NCBI GenBank assembly: GCA_016929055.1
Contig: JAFGJN010000161.1
Location: 1-50,180, forward strand
Direction: 5' to 3'
Source of the DNA: Candidatus Zhuqueibacterota bacterium
GTDB taxonomy: Bacteria > Zhuqueibacterota > Zhuqueibacteria > Residuimicrobiales > Oceaniaggregativiventaceae
DNA length: 50,180 nt
Part shown: positions 12,286 to 20,491 of the stretch, piece by piece
Position numbering within the stretch: position 1 is the stretch's first letter
Layout of the letters: each line of letters opens with the position of its first letter
Notes under the pieces: generated by a model
Seen by the model: the letters and a program-made list of their open reading frames with translations, nothing else
What the model was told of the DNA's origin: nothing
Database searches by the model: none
Program-made: the position numbers and the translations under genes

Positions 12286-15200
12286 ATGAATGCCAAGAAA
12301 ATTGCTCATGCCACTCTCATTGGAGTCTTTTTACTTTTGGCATTGAACGGTGTGCGAGCGCAGGAACCTCTGGTTTTTACTCCTCATCTGCAATCGCTAT
12401 CGCTTACCGATTCGGTCATTCAGGCCTTCAGTATAGAGGAACTCGAGCGGTTTCGTTCGTATTATTCACGCGAGCGCGAGCGGCTCAAGTGGGAACGAGA
12501 AGAGTTGCGCAAACAGGGGATCCGCGATGCCGAGCTGTTTCTCAGTCGCAATCCCCGGACCCGTGTTGGGGACAAGATATTGATGCGCCTGGCAGAGCTC
12601 TATTACGAACAGGAACAAGAAGAGTTTTCCAGACGAATGCAAGAATACGACCGTCTCTATTCTTTATACGAGCGCGATCAACTGGATGAAGCGCCACCAG
12701 AACCCCAGCGCGATTTTTCTCGCGCGCTTGTGTCCTACCAGACAGTAGTCGATCGCTACAGCAACAGCGACCTCGTGGATGATGCCCTTTACAATATCGG
12801 TGTCCTGCTCGAAGACTCTCAAGACCCCGACAGCGCACTGACCATCTATCAAAAAATCATTAAGGACTTTCCCGAATCGAAACTCCAGCCGGATGTCTTG
12901 ATGCGTATTGGAGAATACCATTTCAATCCGCCGCGCAATGCAGTAGTTCGGGCCATCGACTATTATCAACAGGTTTTGGCTTTTAAAGAAAGTCCCCGCT
13001 ATGATGAGGCTTTATATCGACTGGGATGGTGTTTCTACCGTCTCAGCGATTACGACAAGGCCATTTCATATTTTACCATTTTGGCCGATGATATCCAGAC
13101 CGTTCTTTCCTATGATCCGCTGCTAAAATACACCAACCCCTCTTTGATGGACGAATCAGTCGAGTATATCGGTCTCAGTTTTTTGGAAAAGGGCGGACCC
13201 GATGATGCTGCGGACTATTTGCGCTCCATTGGCGGACGGGATTACGGCGCAGCGATTCTGAGGCGTATGGGCGATGCCTACATGCAGGAAAAAGAAGATT
13301 ATCCCCGCGCGATTCGGGCGTTTGAGCTGATTATTGAATTTTATCCCAACCATGCCCAGGCGCCGACGATACAAGGGCATATCGTTCAGTGCCGGCGCCG
13401 GATGGGAGAAGAGGCACTCGCTTTTCTGGCACGTGATCTGCTCTTTACTCGTTACCGGGAAGGATCTGATTGGTGGGATGCCAATATTGATAAAAATGCA
13501 CGTGAACAGGCTTATATTCTTTCCGAAAGTGCCTTGCGCGACAATGTGACCTTTCTGTTCAACAGGGCACAAGAGACCGATCGGGGTGATCTCTATTATC
13601 AGATGGTTACTCAAAGCCGTCGTTATCTCCAAACTTTTCCAAAGGATTCGAGTGCCGCTCTGATTCATTGGAATATGGCTTTAACACTCGACACCAAATT
13701 GCGCCAGACTGGGGATGCCTATAATGAATACATGCGCATCAGCACCCTGTATTGGAATAGCCAGTATCAGCATTATGCTGCAAAGAACGCTGTTGCATTG
13801 GCGCGTGAGGCGGCCGAAGATACACTGGCACAGGTCAAAAAGCGAGTTTCTGAAGAAAAAATAGTCAGCCTAAGCGACCTAGCGGATGAAGCGGAAAAAA
13901 CCGGACAAGCGCGATTTAATTTTCGTGCACGAATGCAGTTACTCGAAACACCCTTGTCTTTGGAAGAAGAACGCCTGGCTCGAGCCTATGACAATTATAT
14001 CAAATTATTTCCGCACGAAGAAGAGACACCCCTCTTTCTCGCCAATGCCGGTGCTTTGTACTATCGTCATCATCAATTTAAAAATGCGCTCAAATATTTT
14101 AAAACACTTTTGAGGCATTTCCCTGGTTCTGAACAGGTCAATCAGGCGCGATTCGCCATTTTGGAAAGCTATTTTGGAAACGCCGATTTCGGCAGCTCGG
14201 AAATTGTCGCAAGAAGAATCATTGCCGATCCGGACGCCTCCCTCGAGCTGGTGTCACGAGCACGCCGTCGGTTAGCGGAATCGATCTTTTTGAATGCTGA
14301 AATGCTGGCAGAGTCGGACCGCCACCTTGAGGCCGGAAACGAATATCGGCGCATGGTCAACGAGGCACCTGAAAGCACGTTTACCGATTTGGCCCTTTTC
14401 AATGCTGCGCTTGAATATGACAAGGCAAGTGAATTCATGCGGGCGATTGAAACCTATACACTTTTGTTGGCCACACATCCGCAATCCGGTTATGTTTACG
14501 ATGCTCAGAACAACCTCGCTTTCGATTATGTCGAGTTGGGAGATTTTCACAATGCTGCGTTAACCTACGAGAGATTGGCCGACATTCATCCAGAAGAAAA
14601 CAAAGCTCGAGATGCGCTTTATAATTCGAGTTTTTATTTCGCCAAGGCCGAGGATTGGCAAAACGCAATCAAGATCAATCGATTGTTTTTGCAAAGATTC
14701 CCGCAGGACAGAGAAGCAGCCAACCTATCCTTTGAAATCGCCGGATTTCATCGGCAGTCGGGCGAATCGGATCAAGCTCATCAATCCTTGGGCGATTTTA
14801 TCGCCGGCTTTCCGGATCACCCTCGAGTGATCGAAGCTTTTTTCAGACGCGGGAACTATCTCGCCGAACGCAATCAGCCTTTGCAGGCGGTCTCTGAATA
14901 TCAAAAAGCGCTTTCCACAAACCGCGAAAGAGTCCAAGTGGGTATGGAAAGCGACGATTATTATGCGGCCGAGTCCGAATTCGCGATGGCGATGCTCAAA
15001 TATAAAGAGTTTGAAAAGATCGAATTTTTACTGCCCTCTGCCGATATGGCGCGCACCAAGGAACGAAAAAAGGATTTGTTGCTGGAAATCATTCGCCATC
15101 TGAACAACTGCACCACGTTTGGAACCAATCGTATTTACGAAGCCACCTTTATGATCGGCCGAGCTTACCAAGAGTTTGCCCGGACCTGGTCTGATCAGGA

Positions 15201-16866
15201 AATACCCGATATGGATGCAGTGCGCCGAATTGTGGCGCAAAAAGAAGTCAATGACGCCGCTCGTGTTTTATACGAACGAAGCGCCGAAGCCTACCGAAAT
15301 GGTATTCAAGTCCTGAATCGCCTGGGATCGACTTATCGCTCGACACTTTTGCGCGAAGCGGAGACCGCAGCGTCGATTCCTGTCGACACGCTGGCGATCG
15401 TCGCTCAGGATACGATTCTGCGCGCGGTCGATCGCTGGTCGGTGCGAAGCAAAGAGAATCTATCGCAGGTCAATTTCGAATCGGCGGATATATCGCTGAA
15501 AACAGCACGAATCGTCGCCAATGCCCCCGTACCACCCGGATTGGGCGATTTCCCACAACTGGTCTATAAAAAACAGGTGATCGATTCTGTGGTGGTGCCC
15601 ATCATTCGCTCCAGCCTGGATGGCTATCGATTGTGTTTGATTGAAGCGGATTCCCTGCAGATAAATTCACAGTGGGTGGAATTGGCCAAGCAAAAGTTGG
15701 TGTCGACCAAGCATCTCGCCGCTTCTTATTACCAGGATTTAACCCGGCAGGGGTTTGATCTGATCGGAAAAAACTTTGATGCCTACAGCGATCGAGTCTT
15801 TGGCGAGGGATCCTTTGATGATCACTTTTATGACCTACAGGTAATTGCTCAGGATGCCACAAACTCGATCACCTTTTCGCTGGCAACGATCATGAACAGT
15901 CTGGACCGATATGCTGAGGCGATACGGTTGGCAGGCCGAATGGATATCGAGGAGCACTATATTGTCAGCAGTCGCGATTCTATGATGATCACCGCTTATA
16001 ATTTTGCCCTGCAAGCGGATTCTTTGAGTCGGTATTCCAAGCGTCTGGCGGATCAGGCGCGGGAAGGATTTCTCAAGACCGAATCCCTTTTATTGGAAGA
16101 GGGTTTGTTCGCGTTTAACAGCAATTATTTTGCCCTGCGCGATATGGAGCGCGAAATACTCGAAAACGGTTATTCCATGGCTCAGGATTTGGAAATAAGC
16201 AACCTCTATTCAAAAAATCTGACCTTGCAATTGGTCCGATTCGATCCGGAGGAGTATGCTGGTCTAATCGGTTTATCTATCTCCTCTTTTTCTGTTGTCA
16301 CCGACAGCAGTTGGAAAGCTTATCCCAACTATACGGAAGGCTGGACTCTCGGCGGTTTCGACGACTCGAATTGGGGTGCTGCCATGATTGTAGATCCGGC
16401 AGTGGATGACGCCTGGTCTGCAATTTGGGTGTTTGCAGAGAAAGATACGATCGTTTCCGCCACAGAGGAAGATTCGACGCAAGTTCATGTTCTTCTGCAG
16501 CCGGCAACAACGGCCTTTTTTCGCAAAGCGATCCTCGTTCAGGGATTGCCTGTCGGATGTACGATTCGGTACATCCCCCACCCGGATGTCACTCTCTTTT
16601 TCAATGGAGATTTGGTCAAACGTACCGAAGGAACAGATTTCAAGAATTCCGACGGAGTAGTCGATGTTTCAGAATTGCTGGTCGATGGTTCCAATGTATT
16701 GGCGGTGGAAGTCAAAGGAACTGAAGCGTCCACTCAGAAATTTTCGGCAAGAGTTGAGCTGCGCAGTTTGCCGGAATGGGATCAACGAGTCCGGATGCTG
16801 AATCCTGAATTTGCCGATAAAGAAACCCAGGAAAAGGTTCTGATCGAAAGAAGCCGCATTCCCTGA
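12286..16866 (+). CDS. Large exported TPR protein, GltD/AgmU-like, with a C-terminal jelly-roll domain
   Basis: Signal peptide (VRA|QE). ILMRLAELYYE, DDALYNIG, LMRIGEYHF, ALYRLGWCFY and ALFNAA TPRs typical of AgmU/GltD-type proteins. Confidence 0.75.
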   Translation: MNAKKIAHATLIGVFLLLALNGVRAQEPLVFTPHLQSLSLTDSVIQAFSIEELERFRSYYSRERERLKWEREELRKQGIRDAELFLSRNPRTRVGDKILMRLAELYYEQEQEEFSRRMQEYDRLYSLYERDQLDEAPPEPQRDFSRALVSYQTVVDRYSNSDLVDDALYNIGVLLEDSQDPDSALTIYQKIIKDFPESKLQPDVLMRIGEYHFNPPRNAVVRAIDYYQQVLAFKESPRYDEALYRLGWCFYRLSDYDKAISYFTILADDIQTVLSYDPLLKYTNPSLMDESVEYIGLSFLEKGGPDDAADYLRSIGGRDYGAAILRRMGDAYMQEKEDYPRAIRAFELIIEFYPNHAQAPTIQGHIVQCRRRMGEEALAFLARDLLFTRYREGSDWWDANIDKNAREQAYILSESALRDNVTFLFNRAQETDRGDLYYQMVTQSRRYLQTFPKDSSAALIHWNMALTLDTKLRQTGDAYNEYMRISTLYWNSQYQHYAAKNAVALAREAAEDTLAQVKKRVSEEKIVSLSDLADEAEKTGQARFNFRARMQLLETPLSLEEERLARAYDNYIKLFPHEEETPLFLANAGALYYRHHQFKNALKYFKTLLRHFPGSEQVNQARFAILESYFGNADFGSSEIVARRIIADPDASLELVSRARRRLAESIFLNAEMLAESDRHLEAGNEYRRMVNEAPESTFTDLALFNAALEYDKASEFMRAIETYTLLLATHPQSGYVYDAQNNLAFDYVELGDFHNAALTYERLADIHPEENKARDALYNSSFYFAKAEDWQNAIKINRLFLQRFPQDREAANLSFEIAGFHRQSGESDQAHQSLGDFIAGFPDHPRVIEAFFRRGNYLAERNQPLQAVSEYQKALSTNRERVQVGMESDDYYAAESEFAMAMLKYKEFEKIEFLLPSADMARTKERKKDLLLEIIRHLNNCTTFGTNRIYEATFMIGRAYQEFARTWSDQEIPDMDAVRRIVAQKEVNDAARVLYERSAEAYRNGIQVLNRLGSTYRSTLLREAETAASIPVDTLAIVAQDTILRAVDRWSVRSKENLSQVNFESADISLKTARIVANAPVPPGLGDFPQLVYKKQVIDSVVVPIIRSSLDGYRLCLIEADSLQINSQWVELAKQKLVSTKHLAASYYQDLTRQGFDLIGKNFDAYSDRVFGEGSFDDHFYDLQVIAQDATNSITFSLATIMNSLDRYAEAIRLAGRMDIEEHYIVSSRDSMMITAYNFALQADSLSRYSKRLADQAREGFLKTESLLLEEGLFAFNSNYFALRDMEREILENGYSMAQDLEISNLYSKNLTLQLVRFDPEEYAGLIGLSISSFSVVTDSSWKAYPNYTEGWTLGGFDDSNWGAAMIVDPAVDDAWSAIWVFAEKDTIVSATEEDSTQVHVLLQPATTAFFRKAILVQGLPVGCTIRYIPHPDVTLFFNGDLVKRTEGTDFKNSDGVVDVSELLVDGSNVLAVEVKGTEASTQKFSARVELRSLPEWDQRVRMLNPEFADKETQEKVLIERSRIP

Positions 16867-16886
16867 AAGAAAATAGGAGTTGAACG

Positions 16887-17243
16887 GTGACCCTAAAAAT
16901 ATTCCAGATGGTTTTACTGCTGAGTGCTGTTGTTTTTGCGCAGGAAACGCCTTTGCCCGACACATTGCGGAGAAGTGAAGAGATCCCGCAGGTTATGCGC
17001 GCGGGCGAGTTTGAGGAACAGGTCCTCGAGACAATCAATATTGAGGCGATCATTGAAAAGCCCAGTGTAACCTTTGTACCGAAGCGAGCCGAAACCCAAG
17101 TCGGATCGTTGCCTCTTGAGCATCGTTCTTTTGAAGAAGAAATGCGACAAAAACCAGATGTGGTCTCGGAATATGGTCAAGATTTGGAAGGCGGTAAGCG
17201 GATCAAAAAAATAAAAAAATTACTTGCGAAAGAGGGTAAATAA
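16887..17243 (+). CDS. Small exported protein, GltF/CglF-like
   Basis: GTG start with AGGAG SD, signal peptide (VFA|QE), LETINIEAIIEKPSVTFVPKR...RSFEEEM motif resembling GltF/CglF, and position within the cluster. Confidence 0.6.
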   Translation: MTLKIFQMVLLLSAVVFAQETPLPDTLRRSEEIPQVMRAGEFEEQVLETINIEAIIEKPSVTFVPKRAETQVGSLPLEHRSFEEEMRQKPDVVSEYGQDLEGGKRIKKIKKLLAKEGK

Positions 17244-17386
17244 AAATATATTTTTTCTTTACAAACGTTGATCTTGTCAGGAACCCTGCATCAGGTTGTG
17301 TTGCTTTTGCGTCGGTTGCGGAGAAAGGTCGGCTAGAGAGAACCAGTGTTTTGCAGGTCTATCGTTACCGAGAAAGGGAGGTCTGA

Positions 17387-18037
17387 ATGTCCGAAATCCT
17401 CAGAAATTTCAGTCCGGATGTAGCCGGATGGCAGTTCATGTGGATTCTACTTGTACCGGCGGTTTTTACCGTTGCCATCGCCGTTGAACGGTCCATTTAT
17501 ATTTTGATCAAGAGCGACATAAATGCCAAAAAATTTATGGAAGAAATTCACAAACTGATCAAGGCTGGTAAAGCGAATCAGGCGTTGGATCTATGTGAAC
17601 GCGCTGGCGATCGCGCTTTGCCCAAAGTGGTGAGTTGTGGATTACGCGCGGTTGTGGATAAAGAGGAAGTGGATTTCCGGACCATTCAAAATTCAGTGGA
17701 TGAGGGAATGCTTGAGGTCGTTCCCAAGTTGGAAGAACGCACCCATTTTCTGGCCATGTTGGCAAATGTGGCAACTTTGATCGGTCTGATGGGAACGATT
17801 TATGGTCTGATACTTTCATTTCGTGCGGTTTCCGCTCCGGGAATCGATCCAACGGAAAAAGCGCGTTTGCTGGCCGCCGGTATATCCACCGCCATGAACA
17901 CGACATTGACAGGTTTGATCATCGCAGTTCCGGCCACTCTTTTTTATAGTTATTTACAGAGCCGCACGAAAAAGATTATCGATGAGATCGACGAACATTC
18001 GGTTAAATTGATCAACCTTTTGACCGGGAATCGCTGA
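17387..18037 (+). CDS. MotA/TolQ/ExbB proton channel subunit (AglR-like)
   Basis: Three TM helices, LANVATLIGLMGTIYGLI and LLAAGISTAMNTTLTGL. Strong AAAGGGAGG SD. Confidence 0.92.
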   Translation: MSEILRNFSPDVAGWQFMWILLVPAVFTVAIAVERSIYILIKSDINAKKFMEEIHKLIKAGKANQALDLCERAGDRALPKVVSCGLRAVVDKEEVDFRTIQNSVDEGMLEVVPKLEERTHFLAMLANVATLIGLMGTIYGLILSFRAVSAPGIDPTEKARLLAAGISTAMNTTLTGLIIAVPATLFYSYLQSRTKKIIDEIDEHSVKLINLLTGNR

Positions 18038-18039
18038 GT

Positions 18040-18576
18040 ATGGCTTACCAACCTTCAAAACGAAGCAGCCGTTCACCCGCTCCGATCGAAATCAACATGT
18101 TCCCCATGATGAATTTGATGGTGGTGCTGGTGCCGCTGTTGCTGTCAACTGCAACGGCAATCAAGATAGGTATCATTGAACTGAATTTGCCGCAGGCTGC
18201 GGGTGGTCCTGCGTCCGAATTGCAGTTGCCGAAAGAACCGAAACAAAATCTCGATTTAACGGTGACCATCACTTCGGAGGGGCTTTATCTCTCCAGCGTA
18301 CAAGCTGTTTTGCAAGACCCTGCGGATGGTGGGCCAACCCTGGCAAAGAATGCAGACGGCTCCTATGATTTTCAACGCTTGAACGAGATGCTGGTCGAGA
18401 TCAAGAGAAAAATAGCCGGCGGTTCATTGGATACCAAACGCATTATACTGCAAGCTGAATCGAATATCGATTATCAGACGCTGGTCAGTACAATGGATGC
18501 CGCCCGATCTTTTGTGGTTGATGATGCCGAACGCGAGCTCTTTCCTGAAGTGTCGATCAGTGCAGGGATTCTCTGA
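18040..18576 (+). CDS. ExbD/TolR family protein (AglQ position), Asn in place of the conserved Asp
   Basis: EINMFPMMNLMVVLVPLLL TM, IELNLP, IILQAE..IDYQTLVSTMDAAR. Confidence 0.9.
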   Translation: MAYQPSKRSSRSPAPIEINMFPMMNLMVVLVPLLLSTATAIKIGIIELNLPQAAGGPASELQLPKEPKQNLDLTVTITSEGLYLSSVQAVLQDPADGGPTLAKNADGSYDFQRLNEMLVEIKRKIAGGSLDTKRIILQAESNIDYQTLVSTMDAARSFVVDDAERELFPEVSISAGIL

Positions 18577-18603
18577 ACCGGTCGATTTTATTGAGGATGA
18601 TTT

Positions 18604-19098
18604 ATGGCTTTTATCCCGTCACGAATAAAAAAGCACGATACCAGTCCCAAGCGAGTATCGCTTAATTTGACTTCCATGATGGATATGTTTACAATCATTT
18701 TGGTTTTTCTTCTCAAAACGTATTCAACGGAAGGTCAGCTGATCCATCCCTCTGAAAATTTAACGCTGCCGATTTCATCGGTAAAAAATCCTGCCGAAAT
18801 CGCTCTGGATGTGGTGGTGTCTAAAGAATGGATCATGGTCAACAACGAGCCGGTTGTGCTGATAAGCGAGGTTGAGGAACAGCCTGGCCTGATCATCGAG
18901 CCCTTGAGCCGAATGTTGCAGCGTTATGCCACGGAAGCCCGGCGCATGGAAGAGATGTACGGGGTAAAATTTTCCGGCAAGGTCACCATTCAAGGTGACA
19001 AGGCACTTGCCTTTCGAATGCTGATCAAGGTAATGGCAACCTGTGGCCGTTCGGAATACCCGAATATGCGGTTGGTGGTCTATCAAAAGGAGGCTTGA
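18604..19098 (+). CDS. ExbD/TolR family protein (AglS-like)
   Basis: LNLTSMMDMFTIILVFLLK TM with Asp27, LTLPIS, TIQGDK...KVMAT. Confidence 0.9.
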   Translation: MAFIPSRIKKHDTSPKRVSLNLTSMMDMFTIILVFLLKTYSTEGQLIHPSENLTLPISSVKNPAEIALDVVVSKEWIMVNNEPVVLISEVEEQPGLIIEPLSRMLQRYATEARRMEEMYGVKFSGKVTIQGDKALAFRMLIKVMATCGRSEYPNMRLVVYQKEA

Positions 19099-19205
19099 GT
19101 CGGCTAACGATCAAGGATGGTGGGTAACCATGTTTGGCGCCCAGTTAAAGTCGAGCCGAACGAGAGTGTTTTTTACGGAGGTGTCTTATCTCTGCTCTTG
19201 CCCTA

Positions 19206-20309
19206 ATGAATGATTTCAAAAAACGTCCGTTCGAAGATATGGATCGGACGTTTTTGATTGTTTTGGCTTTGTCGTTTTTGTTTCATTTTACGACGGTGAT
19301 ATATTTTGTTCTCAATCCCCTGCCGTCAAAGGGAATTGTGCACACCGAAGCTCTCAAACGTGTGCAGGAAAGCTATGCGAATGTGGTGTTGGAATCAACG
19401 CCGCTCGAGTTTACCGGCAATATGCTAACACTGCCGCCTGCGGTGAAGCAAGAAATCGAGCGATTTGTTCCGTCAAGCGGTTCTTCGGAAACCGCTCCAC
19501 CTTCGAGTGTTCTGCCGACGCAAACACCTCCCGCCACGGCGAATTTAGCGGAAACGAAAAGTCCGGGCGGGACGGTAGATCGTGGCGTTGGGCGCGGCGG
19601 CGGGATAACCGGAACTGGCAATCCCGATGTGGCCAACCAAGGTTTGCTGGGGATTCTCACCAGTCCCAGCGGTGATCGCACCGACAATGCCATACAGGAT
19701 GTTTTGGCGCAGGGTACAATCCAGGAACAGGATTACGATAAGGCTCTGCGCAACATGGATCGTCTTGCCTCCCGCGGCCAATCCACAAGTGGCGGCGGGG
19801 TTGAAGGCAGCGGTACTGGCGGAAGCGGCGGCGTTCAGCGTCAGGCCATTACGAGCGGTCGAAGAACGGAGGGTGGTAATCTTGACGGTGTGGTTACAGG
19901 ATTGGGCAGCGCGGAATCCGCGGCATTTCAACGCCAGGCGGATTTTGCCGCATCGCAATTGGCTCCTTTAACGGATGAAGGTGAAGAAATTCAAACTTCC
20001 GGCGGGCGTTTGGCCGGTCGCGATATCAATCTGGTATCCACTGTTGTCTATGGGCACAGTGCTGCGATTCAATATTGTTATGAACGCGAACTCAAGCGCA
20101 ACCCCGATCTCAAAGGTAAAGTGGTTATTCGGTTCACCATAACTCCTGCAGGACAAGTGACCAATCCTCGAATTGTCTCGTCTACACTTAAAAGTGAAAG
20201 CGTCGAGCGCTGCATTTTGTCACGTGTCAGCCGATGGGACGATTTTGGACAGATCGATGCATCGCTGGGCAATGCGACCTTCCGCCAGGTATATACGTTC
20301 GGTTTTTAA
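19206..20309 (+). CDS. TonB-like energy transducer with AgmX/PglI C-terminal domain (GltG-like). True start may be ATC 19188.
   Basis: TM with SxxxH (SFLFH), Pro/Gly-rich linker, C-terminal IQYCYERELKRNPDLKGKVVIRFTI...STL..VERCI with a Cys pair. Confidence 0.87.
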   Translation: MNDFKKRPFEDMDRTFLIVLALSFLFHFTTVIYFVLNPLPSKGIVHTEALKRVQESYANVVLESTPLEFTGNMLTLPPAVKQEIERFVPSSGSSETAPPSSVLPTQTPPATANLAETKSPGGTVDRGVGRGGGITGTGNPDVANQGLLGILTSPSGDRTDNAIQDVLAQGTIQEQDYDKALRNMDRLASRGQSTSGGGVEGSGTGGSGGVQRQAITSGRRTEGGNLDGVVTGLGSAESAAFQRQADFAASQLAPLTDEGEEIQTSGGRLAGRDINLVSTVVYGHSAAIQYCYERELKRNPDLKGKVVIRFTITPAGQVTNPRIVSSTLKSESVERCILSRVSRWDDFGQIDASLGNATFRQVYTFGF

Positions 20310-20390
20310 ACCTTCTCCCCAGAGTTTTTTTCAGCAACCAGCGTTTCCGCCAGAGATTTCGGCGGCAGTGCCGCCTCATATCTCGATTGA

Positions 20391-20442
20391 TAGAAAAATC
20401 ACCGGTGTCCGGTCGTTCGACCGGACACCCATGTAGAAAAAT
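20391..20442. repeat. 12-bp perfect inverted repeat flanked by 9-bp direct repeats
   Basis: GGTGTCCGGTCG(20404-20415)-TT-CGACCGGACACC(20418-20429). TAGAAAAAT at 20391-20399 and 20434-20442. Confidence 0.8.
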
Positions 20443-20491
20443 ATGGATTTTTTGACAAAAGAACCAACAGCCAGAGTCAGAGGAATTGGAA

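Noticed and set aside
17653-17661. Perfect DnaA box TGTGGATAA
   Set aside because: Isolated, inside the ExbB coding sequence, and expected by chance.
17387-20309. Ordinary TonB-ExbBD uptake or Tol-Pal locus
   Set aside because: No TonB-dependent receptor, tolB or pal is adjacent. The Cys-paired tail, twin ExbDs and TPR partners fit the Agl-Glt type better.
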